This document shows positions 18,669 to 26,390 of a DNA stretch of 60,369 nucleotides, in pieces. The stretch spans positions 4,224-64,592 of the forward strand of contig CAZNXM010000007.1 of the NCBI GenBank assembly GCA_964577145.1, given 5' to 3'. The position numbers and the translations under genes are program-made. Numbering within the stretch: position 1 is the first letter of the stretch; every line of letters starts with the position of its first letter. This stretch comes from an uncultured Candidatus Poseidoniales archaeon. Its GTDB lineage: Archaea > Thermoplasmatota > Poseidoniia > Poseidoniales > Poseidoniaceae. The notes beneath the pieces are model-generated. The model saw only the letters and a list, made by a program, of their open reading frames with translations, searched no databases and had not been told where the DNA came from.

Positions 18669-19682
18669 TCACTGCGATAACATAGCCATTATCGCATCTC
18701 CTAATTCCTCAGAATTAGATACTTCATGCATACTTGAACGTGCGGCTTTGGCTCCTGGTAAGCCTTTGGTGAATGCTACTGCATGTCGTTTCATCCATTT
18801 TGGTCGCAGCCCAGTAGTTGCCCGTGCCAACTCGAGATACCTATTCCAGCACCATCGTCTTGTAGCAAATGTTCTCGCAATATCTTCCAATTCATACCAC
18901 TCATCATTTACCCAAGGCAACTCAGATTCTTCCATCCAACCAAGTCCTACCTTGATTTCTCCAAATACACTTGGACGACCAATTGCACCCCTGCCAATCA
19001 TCAATCCTGCAGCTCCTGTTGTCTCAAGACATAATGCTGCAGATTCAGTATCTACGACATCGCCATTTGCAACAACTGGAACATCTACTGAATCTACGAC
19101 ATCTTTGATGTAAGTCCAATCTGCCTCTCCACTGTAGCGTTGTTTCAATGTTCTACCATGAATGCAAAGTCTCTGTACTCCAACTTCCTCTAGACCAATG
19201 GAAATGGGGACTGCATTGTTATCCCTTCGACCTGTCCCCATGCGCATCTTTGCAGTTACTGGTGCAGATACCTCCTCAATGATACGTTCAGACATTGAAA
19301 TCAAATCCTCTGGTTGCCCCATCAATGCTGCACCAGCACAGATTTTGGTAACCTTTGGTGCGGGACATCCGAAATTGAGGTCGATGATATCGGCTTTCTC
19401 ATCAAGCATACTTGCTGCTAATGCCATCTCCTCTGGATCTCCGCCGAAAATTTGGGGAATAAAGGGTCGCTCATCGGGATGATTTTCAAGACGTGTCCAC
19501 GATTTGGCTACGTCGCGAGTAAGTGCTGCAGAAGATGTGAATTCTGTGATAGTCAAATCAGCTCCACACTCTCTTGCAAGTAATCGAAATGGCAATTCGC
19601 TAACACCTGCCATCGGTGCTAGATGGAGTGAACGTTGATTTCCATCCCATTCACCGGGTGCTGACTCGATTATCGAAGTCAT
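18669..19682 (-). CDS. dus: tRNA-dihydrouridine synthase (DusB-like)
   Basis: LAPMAGVSELPFR, QIFG, DLNFGCP, VTAKMR, IHGRT..QRYSGEADW, ANGDV and MIGRGAIGRP. Confidence 0.94.
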   Translation of the reverse strand: MTSIIESAPGEWDGNQRSLHLAPMAGVSELPFRLLARECGADLTITEFTSSAALTRDVAKSWTRLENHPDERPFIPQIFGGDPEEMALAASMLDEKADIIDLNFGCPAPKVTKICAGAALMGQPEDLISMSERIIEEVSAPVTAKMRMGTGRRDNNAVPISIGLEEVGVQRLCIHGRTLKQRYSGEADWTYIKDVVDSVDVPVVANGDVVDTESAALCLETTGAAGLMIGRGAIGRPSVFGEIKVGLGWMEESELPWVNDEWYELEDIARTFATRRWCWNRYLELARATTGLRPKWMKRHAVAFTKGLPGAKAARSSMHEVSNSEELGDAIMAMLSQ

Positions 19683-19693
19683 CGTATCACTGC

Positions 19694-20785
19694 TCAGGAC
19701 ATCGCTTCTTCAAGCATCTGGGCGACGCGACGTATTCGACGTAGAATTCTGTCAAGTGGTTCAGAACCTCGCTTGCAATGCATTGTGACACTCTCTCCTA
19801 CTAGGCGGTGCCCTAGAGGAAGGCGGCCTCCGAGTAAGTTGAGTAATAGCATCTGCTCTCTAGCATCCATTTTCTTCAATTCCTTAGCGACGATTTCAGG
19901 TGTCAAGTTACCCTTCTTCAAGCGTTTGAATATCGAATTAGGAGCACTAAGCCTCTCAAAGCCTCCTTTCTTTAACATCCAATCTTCTCCACGCCGTCCA
20001 TATTGAGTATTCATCGCAGTCCAAAGAGCAGTGGATAGCCTATCTGTTCGAGGGACTCTCTCTACGAGACCAGTTTGACGAAAACGTTCGAGAATTCTAC
20101 CCACGCGAGGCTTAGGTGCACCTATGGTAGCAGCAGCTTCATCGATGGATAATGGATGAGGTGTGGCTAATAGTATGCGATAAAGGCGCTCACTAATCGA
20201 ATCTGCAAGTATCTCCTTTCCTGGCCTCTCACCAAGTAGGCCAATGTCTGCCATACATCTGCTGAAATCACTTTCTCCTTCACCAGCAGGAGTCCATTCA
20301 CGTACTCTAATCGATGCCATTCCAGCATCATCGGCAGGTAACTCAATGTCCATTCGTACATCATCTCCTCTTTGCCAATCCGCAGAAATATTCGCCAACC
20401 TATGCTGATGTACCAATACAGCCATTGTTGCCATAGAATTGATTGCATTAGCAAGAGTGCCACCTGATAGATGATAGCGACGCCATCCATTCCCACTGGT
20501 TGAAGACACTAGTCCTGCCGATACGAGTCTAGTGAAGTGGTGATGAATCGCAGCAGGTGTCAATGCCAAATCATCTGCAAGGTCTCTAGTTTCATGGCCT
20601 TTCGAAGGATTGGCAAGAAGGTGTTCCTTTAGGATTCTATGAATTGGTGAAAAGATGTCACCATCTGCTGTTGCTTCGCCCCTTCGCCGTAGCAAACACA
20701 TCGTGTCGATCATCCAAGAAATAAGATTGTCAACATCTCTTTCGGTTCCCGGCAAAGGAATTTCAACCAAACGGAGATCAAACAT
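19694..20785 (-). CDS. Hypothetical protein with two tandem winged-helix domains (putative regulator)
   Basis: TRDLADDLALTPAAIHHHFTRLVSAGLV and LSIDEAAATIGAPKPRVGRILERFRQTGLVER. Confidence 0.7.
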   Translation of the reverse strand: MFDLRLVEIPLPGTERDVDNLISWMIDTMCLLRRRGEATADGDIFSPIHRILKEHLLANPSKGHETRDLADDLALTPAAIHHHFTRLVSAGLVSSTSGNGWRRYHLSGGTLANAINSMATMAVLVHQHRLANISADWQRGDDVRMDIELPADDAGMASIRVREWTPAGEGESDFSRCMADIGLLGERPGKEILADSISERLYRILLATPHPLSIDEAAATIGAPKPRVGRILERFRQTGLVERVPRTDRLSTALWTAMNTQYGRRGEDWMLKKGGFERLSAPNSIFKRLKKGNLTPEIVAKELKKMDAREQMLLLNLLGGRLPLGHRLVGESVTMHCKRGSEPLDRILRRIRRVAQMLEEAMS

Positions 20786-20855
20786 CAAACCTAACGCCTA
20801 GTCGACAGCCTTTGAAGACTACGCGGCAAACGCCGCTTGAGAAACGATTAGTGTC

Positions 20856-21455
20856 TCAGAAAGTAGATTCCCACTCGTCGACGTCCTGAGTTTCAGCCCA
20901 AGCTTCATCGGTGGTTTCTCCACGTACCTTGAGAACTTCGCGTGCGAGAATCCAGTAGAGTAGTGCAAGAGAGCGGCGACCCTTGTTGTTCGCAGGTAGT
21001 GCGAGGTCAACGTTACGGAGATTGTTGTTTGCATCACAGATTCCTACGATTGGGAGTCCTGTGTTAACCGCTTCACGAAGTGCTTGCTGGTCAGCTGCTG
21101 GGTCGGTAACGAAAAGGATGTCAGGCTCGACATAGGAACGAAGAGCGGGGTTGGTCAATGAACCTGGAATGAAGCGGCCGACTGCTGCACGAGCGCCGAT
21201 TGCCTCTGCAAATAGACGAGCAGGTCGCTGTCCATATTGGCGAGCGGAAACAACCATGATGTTTGCAGACTCGTAGCGGTTGAGGAAATTTGCAATAGTA
21301 CGAATTCGAGAATCGGTGATGTTGATGTCGATTAAGTAGAGACCATCCGCACGGACTTCCTGAATGAAGGTAGCCATATCGGCACTCTTCTGCTGGGTAC
21401 CGATGTGAACGGCATGCGTCTCATAGAGCTCGTTATCGACGAGTAGTTCTGTCAT
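20856..21455 (-). CDS. rps2: 30S ribosomal protein uS2 (archaeal)
   Basis: VHIGTQQKSADM, VRADGLYLID, GRFIPGSLTNP and PANNKGRRSLALLYW. GAGGT SD upstream. Confidence 0.98.
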   Translation of the reverse strand: MTELLVDNELYETHAVHIGTQQKSADMATFIQEVRADGLYLIDINITDSRIRTIANFLNRYESANIMVVSARQYGQRPARLFAEAIGARAAVGRFIPGSLTNPALRSYVEPDILFVTDPAADQQALREAVNTGLPIVGICDANNNLRNVDLALPANNKGRRSLALLYWILAREVLKVRGETTDEAWAETQDVDEWESTF

Positions 21456-21613
21456 AGAAAGACCTCAGCGTTCGGGCCACATGCCCCCCCTAAATAACCG
21501 CTTCGTATGCGCTTGAGCATCTATATCGCCCGCAGTATTACGAAAAATAGCAAAATGATGTCGGGGCAACCTTGAATTCACAGTGTCTACACGACTGAAT
21601 CCTAGGCGAGCCC

Positions 21614-22795
21614 ATGACTACCGATAATGAGTCACCTCTCCATCATGCAGAGGAATCTGACGATGGATTTTGGCGTAATTCAAAAGGTGAGGCATTGCAT
21701 GTTTCGGCTAGTGACTTGGAGCGCCATGCCTATTGTCCATTGTCATGGCAATTAGCCCGAAAAGGAAAGCCGGGTCGTGGAGAAGCCGTTCAGGCAGGAA
21801 GGGTTGCTCACGCAGAAATTCATAAGCGTGTGGAAGATTTCAAAGCCAAACAATTCGATTTACGCCGTGCACTTGTCATCTGGTCCTGGTGGTTTGCAAT
21901 CGTTCTAGTCATCATTGCAGATAGTATTGTTTTCTCGACACTAGATGATGAGATAAGGCCACCAATAGACATGGCAAAGTTCCTTGCAATGCTTGCGGTA
22001 TCTTGGTTAGGAGTAGGTTTGCTCGCAATTTACTTTCCTTGGCGACAATGGATTAACTTTCCAACAGAGGAAGATGAATACAAAGCAAAAATCGAGAATT
22101 TGAACGATATCATAATCGAACCAACCCTCCAACCTATCGGGTTCATTGGCGGTTGGTCGCAAGGTGGGAGAGTCGAGGCAGGACTACTATTGGGATCTAT
22201 CATATTGGGTGTTCACGCCATAGGGTTAACATGGGCTGAAAATAAGGAAAATGCCGCATTCATTCTCATTATCATGGCAACGATTTGGACACTTATCGCT
22301 TCATGGCAATTACAGAAAGCACTGCTAGCAGACAATGCTCTCGAAATCGCCCGTCTGGAAGCTGGGATAGAAGAAAATGTTGATGTCGCTTACTCAGATG
22401 ACGAATCCACTGCTGGTTTACTAATTGACAAAGAAACTGGTCTGAGAGGGAGACCTGACCAAATCGTCATTGTTGATGGAGAATTTATTCCGGTCGAGCA
22501 AAAGACCGGGAAAATTCCTAACAAGCCTCACAAGTCACACCAAATGCAATTATTAGCATACATTTTCCTTGTCGCATCTACTACTGGACGGGCTCCACCA
22601 TATGGCGTACTGCGTTACGGCCCTGAAAGTATTCACACGATTCAATGGAATGAAAAATCAAGTTCAAGGTTAATGGCGTCAACCAAAGAAATTCAGCGCC
22701 TAATGGTTCAAGGTGGCGCAGAGAGAAATCATACTCGAAAGGGGAAGTGTGCTAGTTGTTCACGTCGCTATGCTTGTGATTCAAGTCTGGTTTAA
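21614..22795 (+). CDS. Solo Cas4-like PD-(D/E)XK nuclease with Fe-S cysteines and four inserted transmembrane helices
   Basis: N-terminal SASDLERHAYCP, GRVAHAEIH, LRGRPD, PVEQKTG, QLLAY and C-terminal CASCSRRYAC (CX2CX5C). Hydrophobic segments at about aa 86-107, 121-143, 187-208 and 214-233. Confidence 0.88.
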   Translation: MTTDNESPLHHAEESDDGFWRNSKGEALHVSASDLERHAYCPLSWQLARKGKPGRGEAVQAGRVAHAEIHKRVEDFKAKQFDLRRALVIWSWWFAIVLVIIADSIVFSTLDDEIRPPIDMAKFLAMLAVSWLGVGLLAIYFPWRQWINFPTEEDEYKAKIENLNDIIIEPTLQPIGFIGGWSQGGRVEAGLLLGSIILGVHAIGLTWAENKENAAFILIIMATIWTLIASWQLQKALLADNALEIARLEAGIEENVDVAYSDDESTAGLLIDKETGLRGRPDQIVIVDGEFIPVEQKTGKIPNKPHKSHQMQLLAYIFLVASTTGRAPPYGVLRYGPESIHTIQWNEKSSSRLMASTKEIQRLMVQGGAERNHTRKGKCASCSRRYACDSSLV

Positions 22796-23341
22796 CTATT
22801 CCATAACGCAATCTTCTGGCGCAGTTGGATATTTGATGCAATCACGCTCAATTGTGATTAGAACATGGAATGAATCTTCCATTTGCCCTTCGACTCCATA
22901 CCCTCTTGCCTCAACGGTCAGAGTCCAAGTTCCCATTGCCAATGGTTGGAACAAATCTTTCTCTAGTGTACTATCTGAATCCGTTAATCGTTCTGACCAC
23001 ACGGTCTCTCCATCTGCACTGATTAATGAGGCTTCGACATATCTAACCCCATCGGGAACTGGGATATTTTCTCCAAATGGAATTGACGCTGAAAGATAGG
23101 CTCCAATTCTAGTGACGTGCTCATCGACCTCGAATTGCTGATCTGCTTCATATGGAGAGATAGTCAGTGGTGAAACAAAATTATGGGAAAGAGCGATTTT
23201 TTCCTGTAGCGTTCCTTCCTCTGGTTCCATCATCATACCTTCAACAAATTCGCGGGCTGGAACCAAACCAATACATCCTGCACTCGACATCAAAATGATG
23301 GTGAGCATGAAGAAAGCAGGCAAGACTCTCCGGGTTCGCAT
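22796..23341 (-). CDS. Hypothetical lipoprotein
   Basis: Basic N-terminus MRTRR, hydrophobic core and lipobox-like SSAGC, then an acidic beta-rich body (GTWTLTVEA). Confidence 0.75.
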   Translation of the reverse strand: MRTRRVLPAFFMLTIILMSSAGCIGLVPAREFVEGMMMEPEEGTLQEKIALSHNFVSPLTISPYEADQQFEVDEHVTRIGAYLSASIPFGENIPVPDGVRYVEASLISADGETVWSERLTDSDSTLEKDLFQPLAMGTWTLTVEARGYGVEGQMEDSFHVLITIERDCIKYPTAPEDCVME

Positions 23342-23424
23342 CCAATCTCCCCACTCGGGACCACCGTATCAAAACACCCTTCTAGGAATGACAGGATTCA
23401 AGCGGATGACGCCCCTCGTGTAGT

Positions 23425-23495
23425 TGTCCGAATGAAGTCAAGAGGGTCAGCCGAGCCGTAAAGGCGATGACGAACCCTGTGAGTACTGACGGACA
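23425..23495 (+). ncRNA. Box C/D methylation guide sRNA (candidate)
   Basis: 6-bp terminal stem TGTCCG/CGGACA, box C-like ATGAAG (23432-37), 13-nt guide, D' CCGA (23451-54), GCC-GTAAA-GGC hairpin, C' GATGACG (23466-72), 13-nt guide and box D CTGA (23486-89). A TTCAAG promoter element lies 28 nt upstream. Confidence 0.8.
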
Positions 23496-26252
23496 TCACT
23501 CAAACTTCGCACCACATGTAGAGCATCCTTTTGCATCTGTAGCAATATCTGCACCACATGCACCACATTCTGCAGTTTCGACCTTAGCCTTTCTGCGTCT
23601 TGGTGCTTTCCTCTTCTGAGCTTGAACTGGATTGATTTCATCATCAGTATCATCGAATGAAAAGTCCATTGCTTCCTCGGGTAATTCGTTTCCTGGAAGA
23701 GAGCGGTCCTGAATACCCATTCCGATATTGACCTCATCTCCAGGCATTACGCCTTCCTCGCCAGTGATCTCGTACAGTCTACCACGGATTGAAGCATCAC
23801 TCGCAGTCAATTCTTCTCCCTTGTCGAGGTGAGGTTTTATTTCACCCTTAGCAGCAAGTATTGCATCGATATCATGACCTTCAAAGGTCTCATCGATGGA
23901 CTTGAGTGTAGGCTCAACAATTGCCATTGCTTCCTCATCATCCATATCAGCATCAATCTCTGCTGCAACACGCCTATCGTAAGCTGCTTCGACTTCTGCC
24001 TCTGCCTTTGCAATGCTTTCATCCCAATGGCCTTCTAGGTCATCAGCATCATATCCGAATTCCTTGACCGCTTCATCGAAATCCTCGTAACCCGAGGCAT
24101 GAATTGTCGTAGGGTCGATTTCTTCTTCGTCGGGTAATGAAATCTCTTCTTTGGGCTCGATGGTCTTCCTCTCTCTGCGCTGGAAATAATTCGAAACGTC
24201 TTGTGGTGTACCACAGTATGGGCAATTTGAGAGAAGGTCAGGTATAGACTCAGTACATGTTTCACAATCGTGGAATTGTTGTCGAGCCTTTTTGAGATTG
24301 AATGAACACGAAGGGCATCTATCCTCTCCGCCTTCAAGTTCACCATCACAAGCAGGACAATAATCGAAAATATCTCTTTCGACCTCTTCATCGGGGTCCC
24401 TAGTGAGATATATGGCTGCAACCAGCGCCCCAACAAGTATGGCTAGGATTATTCCAATGATTGCAAGAGTACCCATGGTACCATCTGCCTGTGAATCAAC
24501 ACCCTGTCCTGGTAGTGATGCAGTATCCCAATTTCTGGTGAAGGTTGATGTAACAATATCATCTTCTGAAATAATTAGTAAATTCGTTTTAGGATGACTA
24601 GCAATGAACGTGCATGAGATTTGAACAATTTCTGAACGATTTACTACTTCTACCTCAATATCTTCCCAAACTCCACCGCTACCGTCTTCACAACTCATAT
24701 TCACCGTACCGGTCTCAACCGATGAAAGATTGATTGTGATAGTGTACTCCTCACCATGCGTTAAGGGGAATTCAGCAGCAGCGCCTGAATTATCGGTAAC
24801 ACTAACTGAATTTTGTTGCCACTCCAATCTCAATTGTGCCTCAACCTCAACGGTTCCCGATGCAACCGAATTTACTGGGTCATTGTCCCATGAACCAATT
24901 TGAGGAATCCAATGTGCAGATAATGTGGCTTGATGATTTCCAGAAGTTGTCAATAGCATTTCTTCCCAGATATATGTGCTCTCAGGTTGAATAATTATCA
25001 CTTGAGATTGTACTCCAACCTGGCCTTCCCAATCATATACAACACGTCCAGAAACAGGAATCTGTCCATTATTTGTTACAGAGATTATCCATTCTATCGG
25101 CTCCCCACTAGATACTTGAGGCACAGACGGCATGGCTATTGGATCCAGCGATACATCAGGAATCGGTAGTTTGGAAAAACTGCCACTAATCTCATCGTTT
25201 TCTCTACTCTCTTGAACAAATGATGCAGTATGGTAGGGGTCGATAATTGCTGTAACTGGATATATTCCTGCTGCAATATTGGACACTAAGGAATAATTCA
25301 ACTGGTAAGACCATGCTTTTTGGGCATTCTCTCCGCCAGAAATTGTCACATCGAAGGTTGGAATAATCACATTCTGTCCAGTCTCATCCACGATTTCGAG
25401 TTTCATTGGAACAATTGTTGTTCCATTACCATTTGTTCGTGAAAGGATACCTGAGATAATCCAAGGCCCCATCAATGCTTCATCGTCCACTTCTACAATC
25501 AAGCCCTCACCAATATGAGAAATGTCCATTCTCTCATCTACTGTTAGGGAACTTGTGAATACATTTGTCTCGTCAGATTCTATTACACTATCTTCCAAGT
25601 CAACTGTAACTGTAATCTCATGAGTTCCAGACTCGGGAGCCGTCATCGATTGATTGACCCAACTTGTGGAGCCAGCATCAAGAGTTTCTACATCCAATGT
25701 AATTGACTGGTCGCCTAAATCAATCTGGAGTTTACTTGCAGGAGCATTTACTGAACCACGGTTTTCGACTAATACAGAGACCTGCACTTGGTCACCAGAA
25801 TTCATTTCTGAAGGAGATGTTTCAATCGTGTTAACTTCAATATCTGCCAATCCTAGAACTGTAAACGACTTGTAAAATGCTTGTTCACCGGCTCCATCAT
25901 GGTCAAATGCAATCCAAACTTTGTGCTCACCTTCGGTCAAACCTGACCAAGTAAACTGGACATCAATGCTCGATTCAGCAGGGATGTCGATTGTATTTGC
26001 TTCAGCTAATTTATCTCCTGAAATACCATCCTTGTAGAATTTGTACAAAACATCGTATGCAGTGAAATCATTTGAGTTGTATAAAGTGAGAATTACTGTC
26101 GTGGAGGACCCTTCGGTTGGGTTTTGAGGTTGTAGGCTGACTGTCGAAGAACTTGCTTGAACTCCACCACTGTCCTCTGCTAATACCCCTAAGGGAAATA
26201 CACTGAGCAAGAGGAGGCCGAGGACGATGGAAGTCACACTAGGCTTCGCCAT
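23496..26252 (-). CDS. Single-pass membrane protein: extracellular CARDB/Ig-like repeats, TM, cytoplasmic zinc ribbons and acidic region
   Basis: Signal peptide from MAKPS (ATG 26252, promoter element 30 nt upstream; the ORF track extends to 26363). CARDB-like VLVENRGS..VD....VIESDETN, TM LAIIGIILAILVGALVAAIYL, then CPAC/CPSC, CETC/CPYC and CGAC/CSTC. Confidence 0.85.
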   Translation of the reverse strand: MAKPSVTSIVLGLLLLSVFPLGVLAEDSGGVQASSSTVSLQPQNPTEGSSTTVILTLYNSNDFTAYDVLYKFYKDGISGDKLAEANTIDIPAESSIDVQFTWSGLTEGEHKVWIAFDHDGAGEQAFYKSFTVLGLADIEVNTIETSPSEMNSGDQVQVSVLVENRGSVNAPASKLQIDLGDQSITLDVETLDAGSTSWVNQSMTAPESGTHEITVTVDLEDSVIESDETNVFTSSLTVDERMDISHIGEGLIVEVDDEALMGPWIISGILSRTNGNGTTIVPMKLEIVDETGQNVIIPTFDVTISGGENAQKAWSYQLNYSLVSNIAAGIYPVTAIIDPYHTASFVQESRENDEISGSFSKLPIPDVSLDPIAMPSVPQVSSGEPIEWIISVTNNGQIPVSGRVVYDWEGQVGVQSQVIIIQPESTYIWEEMLLTTSGNHQATLSAHWIPQIGSWDNDPVNSVASGTVEVEAQLRLEWQQNSVSVTDNSGAAAEFPLTHGEEYTITINLSSVETGTVNMSCEDGSGGVWEDIEVEVVNRSEIVQISCTFIASHPKTNLLIISEDDIVTSTFTRNWDTASLPGQGVDSQADGTMGTLAIIGIILAILVGALVAAIYLTRDPDEEVERDIFDYCPACDGELEGGEDRCPSCSFNLKKARQQFHDCETCTESIPDLLSNCPYCGTPQDVSNYFQRRERKTIEPKEEISLPDEEEIDPTTIHASGYEDFDEAVKEFGYDADDLEGHWDESIAKAEAEVEAAYDRRVAAEIDADMDDEEAMAIVEPTLKSIDETFEGHDIDAILAAKGEIKPHLDKGEELTASDASIRGRLYEITGEEGVMPGDEVNIGMGIQDRSLPGNELPEEAMDFSFDDTDDEINPVQAQKRKAPRRRKAKVETAECGACGADIATDAKGCSTCGAKFE

Positions 26253-26332
26253 ATTTTGAAGAGGGCACGCAGAGCACTTGAACCAATCGAATATAATGCC
26301 GCTATCGGATATGGATACAATAGATACCAACA

Positions 26333-26347
26333 CACCCCGTAGGGGTG
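26333..26347. repeat. Palindromic element CACCCC-GTA-GGGGTG (copy 1 of CCCCGTAGGGG)
   Basis: Read directly. The same 11-mer core occurs at 42484 and, on the minus strand, within 59616-59630. Confidence 0.65.
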
Positions 26348-26390
26348 GTTGGAATGGGAGCATTGAAGGGTGACACTCTTTGTCATAGAA

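Noticed and set aside
21555-21598. Second possible C/D sRNA (ATGATG...CTGA) upstream of the Cas4-like gene
   Set aside because: There is no terminal stem and no convincing C'/D' pair. It more likely overlaps promoter sequence.
21456-23495. CRISPR-Cas locus suggested by the Cas4-like gene
   Set aside because: No repeat-spacer array and no cas1, cas2 or effector genes are visible anywhere in the window.
23425-23495. tRNA on the minus strand (GGGTTCG resembles a T-arm)
   Set aside because: It does not fold into a cloverleaf, and the plus-strand C/D architecture explains the sequence better.
26253-26363. N-terminal extensions given by the ORF track (also for nuoN, nuoH, rnz, the PRC barrel and the 45443 gene)
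   Set aside because: Downstream ATGs fit signal peptides, SD sites or the -30 promoter element, and they avoid overlapping neighbouring genes or promoter regions.
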